Positions 1 through 10,332 are shown, counted from the stretch's first letter. The stretch is 64,000 bases of DNA from an uncultured Chloroflexia bacterium (GCA_963712745.1 CAVQJC010000001.1:160001-224000); one strand, 5' to 3'. Notes: generated by a model from the letters alone, not told the origin. A program made the numbers and translations.

Positions 1-15
1 CCTCCTCGTCGGCAG

Positions 16-209
16 ACGGCGGCTCAACAACGCGAGGCGGCGGATCTACTGGAGCTGGCCCCGACCGACCGCATCCAGTCGGTCACGGATGCTGAAGACG
101 GGGTTGCCCAGAGTGGCCTGGAGTCGCCCACAGAGGGCATCCCACGAGGGGATGGTGGCTCCGGGCGCGCCCGGAGGGATTTCGAACCCCGACCAATCGG
201 CCCACAGCC
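16..209 (+). repeat. att-like unit A: integrase C-terminal tail + conserved arm + degenerate antisense tRNA 3' half
   Basis: Frame from 16 reads TAAQQREAADLLELAPTDRIQSVTDAEDGVAQSGLESPTEGIPRGDGGSG, matching unit B. TGGCTCCGG at 156 and CGACCAATCGG..ACAGCC at 190-209 match the antisense tRNA-Asn at 58348. Confidence 0.85.
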
Positions 210-366
210 CGATTTCGCGAGACGGTGGCGGCGCGAGACCTGTGGCAGAGGACGAGACGGGGCGGCTCTGGCGGGGCGGCCCCAAGGTCCGCGGAGTAGG
301 CGAGGAGGACGTCAGGATGGTGGGGGCGCGGAACTCGACGCTCGAACCAGATAGCAGCCACCGCGT

Positions 367-1473
367 CTACCCCCTGCGCGTGCCGAACCCTACGCGTTGC
401 GCGTGCGGTCCGGTGGAGCCCCGGAGGACTAACGTGGTGCGCAGTACCACTGTCTGCGCCGGCTCGTCTACCTTCCGGATGCGCCGAAGCAACTGCCGTG
501 TGGCTGTCACGCCGATGTCGTGGACAGGCTGCGCGATGACCGTCAACGGTGGCTCGATGAAGGTCGCCCAAGGCAGATCATCGAAGCTCACGACGGAAAT
601 GTCCCCCGGAATCTTGAGCCCCAGTTCCCGCACGGCGTCGAGCGCTCCCAAGGTCATGGTTTCGTCCGTGGCCACGATCGCGGTCGGCGCCGACGGCGAG
701 GCCAACGCCTTCAACGTCGCTCGACGGGCGTCCGCACGCTCGTACCTCGCCTGGAGGATGAGCGCGTCGGCCACGGGCAGACCTGCCTCCCGCATCGCGG
801 AAGCCCAACCAAGGAGGCGCAGCCGGCTCGGTATCCCGCTATTGGGAGCAAGGCGCAAAGTAGAGAGTTCGACCGCCGGCATGGCGGAACTCGCTTCCAC
901 CACGATGGCCACGCGCGAATGGCCGAGACGAACAAGATGTCGGACCGCGTTGCGCGCCGCCGCCGCGTTGTCGACCACGACCATGTCGCAATCCAGCGCG
1001 GGTGCGCCACGATCGAACAAGACGAGGGGAATCCCACGCTCCCCGACCTCCTGCAGGTGCGCGGTCTCCATTGGGTCGGCGGGCGCGACCAGCATCCCAT
1101 CCACCCGCTTGTCGAGGAGCACACCGACGGCTGCGCGCTCGGCCGCGAGATCCTCGTCCGTATTCGTGAGGATGACCTCGAACCCCGCGCCATGTGCCGT
1201 GTCCGCGATCCCCCGGACGGCCTGCGAGAAAAAGGCGAGCTGGATGTCCGACACCACCACCCCGAGCGTGCGGGTGCTCCCCGAGCGGATTCCGCGCGCG
1301 AGAGTGTTAGGCCGGTACCGCAGGCGGCTCGCGGCGGTGAGCACTCGTTCGTGCGCGCCCGCGCTCGCGGGCCCATAGCCGCCAAGGACGCGTGCCGCGG
1401 TCGCCCGGGACACGCCGGCCTCATGGGCTACGTCATCAAGGGTGGGATGTCCGGTTCGGGACCGTGGGCTCAT
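367..1473 (-). CDS. LacI-family transcriptional regulator
   Basis: N-terminal HTH TLDDVAHEAGVSRATAARVL, YRPNTLARG hinge, C-terminal sugar-binding domain (PGDISVVSFDD, PPLTVIAQP). Confidence 0.95.
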   Translation of the reverse strand: MSPRSRTGHPTLDDVAHEAGVSRATAARVLGGYGPASAGAHERVLTAASRLRYRPNTLARGIRSGSTRTLGVVVSDIQLAFFSQAVRGIADTAHGAGFEVILTNTDEDLAAERAAVGVLLDKRVDGMLVAPADPMETAHLQEVGERGIPLVLFDRGAPALDCDMVVVDNAAAARNAVRHLVRLGHSRVAIVVEASSAMPAVELSTLRLAPNSGIPSRLRLLGWASAMREAGLPVADALILQARYERADARRATLKALASPSAPTAIVATDETMTLGALDAVRELGLKIPGDISVVSFDDLPWATFIEPPLTVIAQPVHDIGVTATRQLLRRIRKVDEPAQTVVLRTTLVLRGSTGPHAQRVGFGTRRG

Positions 1474-1535
1474 TGGTCACTCGATTACAGCGTAGCGGGG
1501 TCACCGCCATCGCGACACAGGCACGGGTGCTCCCG

Positions 1536-2426
1536 CTACTTGCCAAAGCCCTCGGATAGACCCCGGATGAACTGTCGCTGGCTGATCAGGAACAGGATGA
1601 TGATGGGGATCGAGGCGAGGACGAGGGCCGCGAACAGGACCGGCCAATCGGAGAGGACCCGTCCCTTCATCAGGAGCAGGCCCACCGGCAGCGTCTTGAG
1701 GTCGGTATCGTTGATGAAGACGAGCGCGAACGCGAACTCGTTCCACGCGAACAGCGCCTGAAGCAGTGCCGCGGACACGATGATGGGGCGCGACAGCGGC
1801 ATGATGATGAACCAGAACGCCTGCCAGTTGCTCGCGCCATCCACGATGGCTGCATCCTCCATCTCGCGCGATATGGTGATCATGTAGGCGCGGATGAGGA
1901 ACACCGTGAACGGGATGCGAAACGCCGTGTACAGGATGATGAGCGCCCAGTAGGTGTTGAAGATGCCGAGTGTCTGGAGGAGCCTGAACAGCGGGATGAG
2001 CGCCACCGCGGGGGCCAGCATCATGCCCCCCAAGATGAACACGGTGATGGCTCTGGCGAAGGGGATCTGGTGGCGCGCAAGGGCGTACGCGGCCATCGAG
2101 CTGAACAGGACTACGGTGACCACCGAGGCGCTCGTGACGATGACGCTGTTGAACAGGTACCGCACGACACCCAGGTCCCATGCCTGACGATAGTTCTCCC
2201 AGCGCAGCTCGGATGGCAGGCCCCACGGGTTGCCGAACAGCTCCAGGTTCGATTTGAACCCGTTGAGGATCGCCCATGCCATGGGGTAGACGATGGCAAC
2301 GACGAGTACGATCAGCACGACCCAGGCGACGGTGCGGGTGATGGCAGGCCCGACGCCGATACCGGTCCGCGATACACGTGCGACGCCGGACCTGCTCGAA
2401 GGATCGCGAGTGATGCCCCCAGCCAT
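1536..2426 (-). CDS. Carbohydrate ABC transporter permease (MalG-like)
   Basis: EAA loop EMEDAAIVDGASNWQAFW, AWNEF, TLPVGL. Start MAGG at 2426 overlaps the upstream TGA. Confidence 0.93.
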   Translation of the reverse strand: MAGGITRDPSSRSGVARVSRTGIGVGPAITRTVAWVVLIVLVVAIVYPMAWAILNGFKSNLELFGNPWGLPSELRWENYRQAWDLGVVRYLFNSVIVTSASVVTVVLFSSMAAYALARHQIPFARAITVFILGGMMLAPAVALIPLFRLLQTLGIFNTYWALIILYTAFRIPFTVFLIRAYMITISREMEDAAIVDGASNWQAFWFIIMPLSRPIIVSAALLQALFAWNEFAFALVFINDTDLKTLPVGLLLMKGRVLSDWPVLFAALVLASIPIIILFLISQRQFIRGLSEGFGK

Positions 2427-3316
2427 CAGAACTGCACCATCCTGCCGCGGGCGATGAAGAGCTGGACGATCGCCGCCCCCATGGTGATGACGAAGATGAC
2501 CACCGCGATCGCGGATGCGTAGCCGAACTGGTCGTTGAAGAAGGCGGACTTGTAGAGCCAGGACGCCAGGGTGTGGCTGGAATTGTTGGGCCCGCCAGCC
2601 GTCATCACCCATACCTCGTTGAAGACGAGGAACGCGCCCGAGATCGTGATGATCGTCGCGAGCAGGGTCATCTGGCGGACGAGCGGCACCGTGATGTGAC
2701 GGAATGCGGCGACCCGGGACGCCCCATCGAGATAGGCAGACTCATACAGGTCTCGAGGGATCCGCTGCATGGCCACGATGAACAGCACCATCATGTAGCC
2801 CACGTTCTGCCACTGGCTCATGGCGATGATCGACCAGATCGCTGTAGCGGATTCGCCGAGCCACGAGTGCTTCAGTCCCTCGAGGCCCACCAAGTCCAGG
2901 AACCCGTTGACGAGTCCGATCTGCGGGTTGTAGATGAACGTGAACAGGAGGCCAACGACGGTGAGCGACAGCACGGCCGGAACGAAGTAGACCGTGCGCA
3001 GGAAACCCTTGAGCGGGCCGTGCACGAGCTCTTCGAGGACCGCCGCGAGCACGAGTCCGCCGGCGACCTGGCACACGACCGAGACGACCGCATAGGCGGT
3101 GTTGTTGAAGAGCGCTCCCCAGGCGACCGAATCCGCCGCCAACTCACGATAATTGTCGAGCCCCACGAACGCTTCCTGCGTGAACGGGCTCCACCGGTAG
3201 AGGCTCAGGCGGAGGTTCTCGAGGATCGGGTAGTAGGCGAAGACCGCGAGCAGCACGACTGCAGGAGCGACCCATAGGAGCATGGACCATCGGCCGATTC
3301 GGGTCGTTCCGGGCAT
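2426..3316 (-). CDS. Carbohydrate ABC transporter permease (MalF-like)
   Basis: FVGLDNY, DLYESAYLDGAS, TAGGP, FGYASA motifs. Confidence 0.95.
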   Translation of the reverse strand: MPGTTRIGRWSMLLWVAPAVVLLAVFAYYPILENLRLSLYRWSPFTQEAFVGLDNYRELAADSVAWGALFNNTAYAVVSVVCQVAGGLVLAAVLEELVHGPLKGFLRTVYFVPAVLSLTVVGLLFTFIYNPQIGLVNGFLDLVGLEGLKHSWLGESATAIWSIIAMSQWQNVGYMMVLFIVAMQRIPRDLYESAYLDGASRVAAFRHITVPLVRQMTLLATIITISGAFLVFNEVWVMTAGGPNNSSHTLASWLYKSAFFNDQFGYASAIAVVIFVITMGAAIVQLFIARGRMVQF

Positions 3317-3383
3317 TGCCTGGTCGTTACTGCTGCAGCGATCGTGCGGGAGGCAGGGTCACCGCCTCCCGCGCTCTGGTGGG

Positions 3384-4716
3384 CTATTCGGCGGTGGAGG
3401 CCTTGGCGCTGACCGCCGCCGCCTGGACATCCGCGACCACGTCGGCGGGCGTCTTCGTCCCGTCGAGCATCGCCTGGACGCCGTCGAGGTACGCATTGGC
3501 GACATCGATGTGGGTCACGGTGTCGAGCCAGATGGCCATGCTCGACGCCTCGTTGATGTCCTCCACCACGCGCACGTTCTGCGGGAACGTGTTCTCGGCG
3601 GTCGCGGAGCCGATCGATCGGGCTCAGCCAGCCTAGCTGCGAGGTGAGCTGCTGGGCGTTGTCAAGGCTCGTAAGGAACTTGAGGAAGTCGATCGCGATA
3701 TCGGTGTGCTCGGAGCTCGGGTTGACGAGGAAACCGTCGGGGGCCCCTTCGAGCGTCCCCGTGTCGCCAGCGGCATCCGCCGGCGGAGGGAGCTTGATGA
3801 AGTCCCAGTTCGCAGCGATCTCGGGGGGCGCCCCACCGGACTCGGTGAGGACCTGGTACTCGACCGCCTCGATGTAGTGCATGGGGGAGTTGCCGGTCAG
3901 GAAGTTCGCCTGGGCGAGCTCGTGTGAGACCCCGTTCGCACCCTGTGTCAGGCAGCGGCTGTTGATGTCAGCGAAAGCCTGAAGTGCCGCCAGGTAGCCA
4001 GGGTCGGTGAAGTCGCCGGTGGCGGGATCGTAGTCGGTGGCGAGGATGTCCGCTGGGACGTAGTAGGGGTTGAGCTGGGTCATGAAGTGGATCGCCGGCC
4101 AGCCGAACTGGTTGCCGAAGGCGATCGGGTCCGTGATGCCGTTCGCCTTGAAGGCGTCACAGGCGGAGAGGAGCTCTTCCAGCGTCGTCGGGACCGCGAC
4201 CCCGTTGTCCTCGAACATCTGGTTGTTGAAGACGAGGTACTTCGCGTCGAGCGTGATGGGCACGCCGTAGAGCTGGCCGTCATAGGTGTACGCGTCGAGC
4301 GCGGCGGGGATGAAGCTCGCCTGCCAGTCTCCGGTCATATCCTCGGTGAGGTCCTGCGCGAGTCCACCGCGGACGAACTTCTTGGTGAAATCGCCGGCCC
4401 ACGAGAAGTAGACGTCCGGCAGGGTGTTCGAGGCGGCCAGGACCCGTAGCTTGTCCTTGACGCCCTGGTCGGTCTCGGCTGTGACGTCGATGGTGACTCC
4501 GGGGTTCGCCTCCTCGTAGGCGGCGACCACCGAGTCGAAGTAGGGCGTGTAGCGGGGGTCGCCATACTTGTGCAGGAAGCTGATGGTGCCCTCGAGATCG
4601 TCCTGGGCGACGGCGGCGGGCACGACCGAGACGGCCGCGACGATGCCAAGGGTCGTTGCTGCTATCAGAGCGCGGAGAACTCGCCACCGCGGGCTGCCGT
4701 TGGCTTGTGATCTCAT
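3384..4716 (-). pseudogene. Carbohydrate ABC substrate-binding protein, frameshifted near 3615
   Basis: Signal peptide ..PAAVAQD, GQLYGVP. The SBP C-terminus (..DGVQAMLDGTKTPADVV..) is in another frame (ORF 3384-3575), with the shift at CGATCGATCG. May be a sequencing indel. Confidence 0.85.
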
Positions 4717-4741
4717 GAGATACCTCCTCTACCTGCTGCTC

Positions 4742-5598
4742 CTAGGTGCTGGCCGGAGCCCCGACGGGTGGCCCATCGGTGGTCCTCGGCGCAGGCTGAA
4801 CGTCCTCGATCTGGTGGCCAAAGGCCCCGTACGAGGTACATATGGTGGCCGCGAGCTCCGCGGCAGATGCGAGCGAGACGTCGAACGGCTCGTCGCGAAT
4901 GATCCCCACCAGGACGCGGGCGATGAACGCGTCGCCTGCTCCGAGCGTGTCGAGGACCCGGGCGGGGAAGGCTGGCTGTCTCAAGATTCGTCGGCCGTCG
5001 GAAAGCAGTGCTTCCGAGGCACCGCGGGTAGCGAGGACCAGCCGGGGCCCGGCCGCATGGATCAGCTCGATCCAGGCCTTCGCGTCGTCATCGCCGAGGT
5101 CAGCCAGGCTGAACTCGGCGATGGTCACGTGCGGCAGGATCGGATCCAGGTACGCACGGTCACGGCGGACCGAGAAGTCGAACGAGAGCGGCGCCACTTC
5201 AGCGAGCAGGTCGAGCTGGTCCTCGAGGTAGCTGGACTCGCTGCTGTGGATGATGCTGGCCTGGCTCAGGAAAGCGAGGTCGTCTTCGGAGAGCTGAAAG
5301 CACGACACCCCCGTGTATCCCCACCAAGGAACTCGCGGTTTCCGTGGACGAGCCCCACATCCGCGTATGCGTTGGGCCCCGACACGACGCGGACATGCGA
5401 AGCGTCGACTTGCTCGGCGTGGATGACTTCGAGGACATGGCGTCCGGCACGGTCGTCGCCCACAACACCGACGTAGGCGGCCTTTATACCTGCTCGCTGG
5501 GCGTGAACCGCCACATTGAGGGCTTGTCCACCAGGAAACATCACGCCCAGATCGCGGTAGCGGTCGACGACGTTGTCGCCTACGCCAGCCAGCTGCAT
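4742..5598 (-). pseudogene. PfkB-family kinase, fructoselysine-6-kinase (FrlD)-like, frameshifted near 5310
   Basis: N-terminus MQLAGVGDNVVDRY..FPGGQALNVAV is in one frame and C-terminal DTLGAGDAF in another. The shift is at a G5 run. Confidence 0.85.
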
Positions 5599-5600
5599 GG

Positions 5601-6650
5601 CTAGTACGGCACCTTGAACATGTAGCGGCGATTCTGAAGGTCGTGGCCGGTGGCCGCCTCGAAGTGCTGGGCGAGCCGGCTCATGACCGCGTCGAGCGCG
5701 AAGTGGGAAGCGAACGGCCGCATCTCCGCGTCGACGCCGGGCAGGCTCAGGTCGCGCGAATCGACGTAGAACGCGCGGCGCGTGAAGCGCTCGAGGAACG
5801 CCTTTGCGCGCTCGTCGATGGGACGGGTCGACTCCTCGCCCAGGTACTGGATGACCGCCGTGTCCTCGGTCACCACCTCCATCGCTCCATGCAGGAACTC
5901 CGCCGAGTCGAAGCTCGCGGCGTCCTTCCACTGCATCTCCTGCAAGTAGCACATGGCAAGGCAGTACGCGGTCCCCTGGTTTGGGCCCGCACCGATGATG
6001 TAGATGACCGGCGCATCCCGGAGCTCGCGCGCGATCGTCGCGTTGAGGTCCTCGGTCTCCTGGCACGCGGTGAGCAGCGCGGTTGGAAGTGCCGCCAGTG
6101 TCCCGATATGGTGGTCATATTCCGCGGCGTCCATATCACCCGACTCCCTCAGCAATGCGAGGCCGAGTTGCTCGAGCTGGATGCCCTTGGGGTCGCCGAC
6201 CCCGGAGTCGTCCTCGTAGCTCCACGCGATGTCAGCGGCCGAGGCCAGCGGGCTGTCCGCCTTCCTCGTTACCGCGGCGACCGTGGCGCCACGCTCCCGC
6301 GCGAAGCGGGCGGCCTCGACCACCTCGGGAGTGGTCCCGGTGTTCGAGGCGAGGACCGCGAGCGACGCGTCCCCTAGACCGGCCGGATCGCGGTATATGA
6401 ACTCGTTCGCGGAGAGAGCGAAGGCGGAAAGGCGGGTGGCCCTGCGCTCGAGCAGGTACTGGAGGCCGGCGTGGGCCAGGAGGCCCCCACCGCTGCCCAA
6501 CAGGTACAGGTTGCGAAGGCCGCGCCTGAACGACTCGGTGGCGAACTCCTCGATCTCCGCGCGCTGGCCGAGCGCACGGAGCATGCCGGGTCGGGGCTCG
6601 GTCGGGAGCGGCTTGAGCTGGGTGACAGGCGGCAGGACATCTGTGGTCAT
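5601..6650 (-). CDS. SIS-domain protein, fructoselysine-6-phosphate deglycase (FrlB)-like
   Basis: GSGGG, ASNTGTTPEVV, CYLQEMQW, AEFLHGAMEV, C-terminal RRYMFKVPY. Confidence 0.88.
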   Translation of the reverse strand: MTTDVLPPVTQLKPLPTEPRPGMLRALGQRAEIEEFATESFRRGLRNLYLLGSGGGLLAHAGLQYLLERRATRLSAFALSANEFIYRDPAGLGDASLAVLASNTGTTPEVVEAARFARERGATVAAVTRKADSPLASAADIAWSYEDDSGVGDPKGIQLEQLGLALLRESGDMDAAEYDHHIGTLAALPTALLTACQETEDLNATIARELRDAPVIYIIGAGPNQGTAYCLAMCYLQEMQWKDAASFDSAEFLHGAMEVVTEDTAVIQYLGEESTRPIDERAKAFLERFTRRAFYVDSRDLSLPGVDAEMRPFASHFALDAVMSRLAQHFEAATGHDLQNRRYMFKVPY

Positions 6651-6687
6651 CGGCAGGTGGCTCCTCGGGTGCGGCGAAGGTGATGTA

Positions 6688-7758
6688 TCACGGCCAAGTC
6701 GCGTCAGGGCCAGCCGCCAGGATGCGGTGACCCATGTAGACCCGCTCGTCGAGGTCGGTGATGCCACGCAGAAGCGCGGAATAGACCGTGAACCATTGGA
6801 GGGGCACGAGCAGCACGAACGGCGCGAACTGGGGGTGAAGATCGCCGTAGTCGGCGGCATCGAACACGAGCACGCGGGACCCGCCGGCCTCCGCGGACGC
6901 GATCGAGCGTTCCGTCATCGAGCGCGAGGCATCGGTGCCGAGTAGAGCGACGATATCCAGCCGCGAGCGCTCGAGGGCCTCGACCGGGCCGTGGCGGAAC
7001 TCGGCGGACTCGATGATGGAGCCCGCCACGCGGATGTTCTCCATGAACACCGTCAGTGCGAACTTGTAGCCGAGACCGTACAGCGGTCCACTCGCGAGCA
7101 CGGTAATCGCCGTGGCGCTCAGGAACGAGCGCGCCCGCTCGAGGCCAGCAACGTCGCCGTCGCGATATGCGCGGCCGAGCAGAGCCGGCAGCTCCGGAAG
7201 TTGAGCGAGGGCACGTTCAGCATCCTCGCGGTTGGCACTTTCGGTCTGACGGGCGAGTTCCAGTGCAAACATCGTGACCGCCGCGAGAGGCAGGATGTAC
7301 AGGCCCGTGGAGTCGTAGTCGATCAGCTCGGTGGCCTCGGCGGCCATGGGACTTTGGCCACGGTGGGCGATAGCCACGGTGTGCGCTCCGGCGTCATTCG
7401 CGTGCCGGAGCGCTGCCAGGGTGTCCTCTGTGGCGCCAGAGTAGGAAGCCAGGAACACGAGTGACCGACTACCCAGCCGCAGCGGGCTACGCCAGATCAG
7501 CTCATAGCTCGTGAGGACGTCGGACGGGACCGGGGTGTAGCGGTCGGTCAGGTACTTGCCGGAAAACATGTTCGACCAAGAGCCGCCACTGCCCACGAAG
7601 TAGACATGGTCGAACTCGCCCGCGGCGGTTCGGCGAGCCAATTGCCGAATCCGCTCACCCTGCTCCGAGAGGAACGTCGCGAGGTCGGTCTCCAGGCGGG
7701 GTGCCGTGAACAGATCACTGTGCTTCGCGGCCTCCACCAGTGTGGACAACTCAGGCAT
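6688..7758 (-). CDS. Second SIS-domain sugar-phosphate deglycase/isomerase (FrlB-like)
   Basis: FVGSGGS, ASYSGATEDT, EFRHGPVE, ERVYMG. Confidence 0.85.
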   Translation of the reverse strand: MPELSTLVEAAKHSDLFTAPRLETDLATFLSEQGERIRQLARRTAAGEFDHVYFVGSGGSWSNMFSGKYLTDRYTPVPSDVLTSYELIWRSPLRLGSRSLVFLASYSGATEDTLAALRHANDAGAHTVAIAHRGQSPMAAEATELIDYDSTGLYILPLAAVTMFALELARQTESANREDAERALAQLPELPALLGRAYRDGDVAGLERARSFLSATAITVLASGPLYGLGYKFALTVFMENIRVAGSIIESAEFRHGPVEALERSRLDIVALLGTDASRSMTERSIASAEAGGSRVLVFDAADYGDLHPQFAPFVLLVPLQWFTVYSALLRGITDLDERVYMGHRILAAGPDATWP

Positions 7759-7845
7759 CGACCTACCTCCGGTAGTACGCGAGGACCGCTGCATAGGCGT
7801 GAGTCGAGTCATCGCACGCCGTTCGAACTTGCGGGCCATGCCATT

Positions 7846-7863
7846 AGTGAGAACGTTCTCACT
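7846..7863. promoter_or_regulatory. Putative LacI-family operator; sigma70-like -35 TTGACA on the minus strand at 7900-7905
   Basis: Perfect 18-bp palindrome AGTGAGAACGTTCTCACT with a central CG, upstream of the operon that ends in the LacI gene. Confidence 0.75.
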
Positions 7864-8249
7864 TGGTGGATGAGAACTGTCGCACCCCAATCGTCCGCAT
7901 GTCAAGCCCACCGCGTGAGTTCAGGCATTCGGTCGCAAACCAACTGCGTGGGCGCCGTGTCGAAGCCGACACTGATAGAGAGATTCTCGTGACTGATCTT
8001 CTCATTCGCGCAGGTCGCCTCGGGGATTCTCCCGGTGCTGATGGGGACACCATCAAGCAGACGGCTACCGGGGAATGGGAACCCCCGCAACGGCAAAGCG
8101 CATCGTTGACACCGTGCGGAATTGGCTCTGCGAGGAGCGGCGGGCCAGAGGGCTAGCTCGGCCAAGGCTTCGGCGAATGGTCGATTCGCCGGAGCGGGAG
8201 TGGGCAACCCTGAGCGATGCCCCCAACGACCACCCCGAGTTTGCGAGTC

Positions 8250-8472
8250 CAGACGATGGCTCGCTACACCCACATGACCGCCGCACAGCAGCGCGACGTC
8301 GCCGACCTCCGCGACCAGGCGCTGACTGGCGAAATCAAGCCAATCACGAAGTCAGTCAGGGGACGCGGAAACGCGGTCGCCGAACGCGGCATGGAAACGC
8401 CCACACAGGGCGTCCCACGAGGGGATGGTGGCTCCGGCGGAAGGCTTCGAACCAGCGACCGACCGGTTGACA
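8250..8472 (+). repeat. att-like unit B: tyrosine-recombinase C-terminal remnant + arm + degenerate antisense tRNA-Asn 3' half
   Basis: QTMARYTHMTAAQQRDVADLRDQALTG resembles the catalytic-Tyr tail of tyrosine integrases. 8429-8472 matches the tRNA antisense at about 37/44 nt. Confidence 0.88.
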
Positions 8473-8633
8473 TGGCCGCCACGAGACGGATCCCTGAAGA
8501 GACCGCGCCGGACAGCACGCTCTTGGGCCGCGCTTTGCCGCAGGTGAGAGTGGTCGACGCTGCCTTGGAAGCTGCGAGGCAGCCAGGCCAGCTCGGGCTG
8601 TGGTGTCACCCCGGTTCGCTACGGGAGCGAGGC

Positions 8634-9364
8634 TCAGGCGCGCTGGCGGAAGACGTTGAACGTGAAGCGGTCGTAGCGGTGGTAGTCATGGGAGAAGATG
8701 ACCACATGTCCGTCCACGTCGAGATTGCGATGCACCAGCAGGATCCACGGTTCGCTGGTCCGCTTGCCGATGGCCTGCTGGCCGGCCTCAGGCAGGAGTC
8801 TCGACGCGCAGCTGCGCGATCGCCGAGGTCACACGCGTGCCCCCGGCCTCCAGGAGCTCCAGCAGCGAGCCTGACCAGTCGACGTCATCGACCGGCCCGG
8901 GTATGAGGTCGCGAGGGATGACATCCATCGAGTAGATGAGCGGCTCATCGCCATGACGGCGAACCCGCTCCAGTCGCACGACCGAGTCCGCCTCCGACAG
9001 TCCGAGCGAGGCAGCTTCTTCCGCTCGCGGTCGTCCGACGCCTGACGGACACGACCTGGTTCACGACCGAGTAGCCGAGGGCGTGCATCATCTCGGTCAC
9101 GCTCTCGAGCCGCGTGATGGGTCGATCGAGTGTCGCGACCTGGGAGACGTATCGTCCGGATCCGTGCCGGACGTGCACCGTGCCGTCCTGCTCGAGGAGC
9201 TTGAGAGCCTCGCGGGCTGTGGTCCGGCCCACGCCGAAACGGTCGGCGATGGCCACCTCGCTGGGCAGACGATCGCCGGGCCGCAGTCCGTCCTGTTCGA
9301 TGATGGCGAGGATCTCCTCGCGGAGCTGGATCGGTAGCGGACGACGATCTCGACGCATGCTCAT
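8634..9364 (-). pseudogene. GntR/HutC-family regulator (wHTH + UTRA) with several frameshifts
   Basis: PGDRLPSEVAIADRFGVGRTTAREAL..HGSGRYV. UTRA pieces (RLERVRRHGDEPLIYS; FSHDYHRYDRFTFNVFRQR*) lie in different frames. Confidence 0.85.
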
Positions 9365-10332
9365 CCCTGGGTGGCATCCCACGCGCGTACACCCAGCACC
9401 GCCGCCCCGGCGAGCACGCTCGAATCGCCGAGCTCCGGCCGCCGCAGCCGGACGCCCTCGCCCGCGGTGCGATGCACCAGGCGCGTGGCCTCGCGGAAGG
9501 CCGAACGCACGAAGGCAGGCTCCGAGGTTCCGACGGTGCCCCCGACGGTCACGACTTCGGGGTCGACGGTCGCCAGGATGGCAGCGATGCCGGTGGCCAG
9601 CGCATGTCGGGCCCGGGCTACGAGGGCCACTGCGTCGGCGTCGCCGGCGCGAGCAAGCGCGAAGACCGATGCGGCGTCCCGAGGGGCAGGCGAGCCGGTC
9701 GGCAGTCGCCCCTCGGGCCAGGTCTCCCGGGCTCGCCTCGCGAGACCGGCTCCAGCGCACCAGGCCTCGACGCAGTTGCGCCGCCTGCACGCGCAGCGTG
9801 GCCCGGAACGGTGGTCGACCGCCATGTGACCGATCTCGCCGGCGGCCCCGTGAGCACCATGAAGGACTCGCCCGCCCACGATGATCCCCGAACCCAGCCC
9901 GGTCCCGAGTGGCAGGTACGCGTATGGGTCGGCACCTCGTCCGGCGCCCACGATGGCCTCACCCAGGGCACCGGTGTTGGAGTCATCGTCGATGGCCACC
10001 GGCACCCTTCCGAAGCACTCGGATACCAGCGCGGAGATGGGGAAGTCGCGCCATCCGATGTTGGGAGACGTCCCCACGACGACGCCGCGCTCCAGGTCGA
10101 GCGGTCCGGGCACCCCGACGCCCACGGCGGCCGGTCGACCGCCCTCGGGCAGCACTCGATGCGCGGCATCGACGAGTGCCTGCAGGAAGGTATCGGGGTC
10201 GCTCGTCGTCGAGAATCGGACCGGGGGCCGCAGCGGGCTGAAGCCGTCACGTGGCGCACCACGAACCGCGGCCACGCTCGTCTTCGTGCCACCGACGTCG
10301 ACCGCCAGCACCAGCGGATCAGGGCCGTTCAC
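9361..10332 (-). CDS. ROK-family sugar kinase
   Basis: LAVDVGGTKT, GVGVPGPLD, DDSNTGALGE, LGTGLGSG, GAAGEIGH, CACRRRNCVE. GTG start at 10332. Confidence 0.92.
   Translation of the reverse strand: MNGPDPLVLAVDVGGTKTSVAAVRGAPRDGFSPLRPPVRFSTTSDPDTFLQALVDAAHRVLPEGGRPAAVGVGVPGPLDLERGVVVGTSPNIGWRDFPISALVSECFGRVPVAIDDDSNTGALGEAIVGAGRGADPYAYLPLGTGLGSGIIVGGRVLHGAHGAAGEIGHMAVDHRSGPRCACRRRNCVEAWCAGAGLARRARETWPEGRLPTGSPAPRDAASVFALARAGDADAVALVARARHALATGIAAILATVDPEVVTVGGTVGTSEPAFVRSAFREATRLVHRTAGEGVRLRRPELGDSSVLAGAAVLGVRAWDATQG

Noticed and set aside
341-371. Further weak att-like motifs (341-371; also about 29721-29740, 29881-29901 and 30651-30672)
   Set aside because: Similarity to the tRNA is short or needs gaps, so it cannot be distinguished from chance by eye.
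89-1378. Long antisense ORFs (e.g. 89-1378, 520-1761, 34932-36221, 58316-59617)
   Set aside because: These are shadow ORFs opposite well-supported genes, typical of high-GC DNA.
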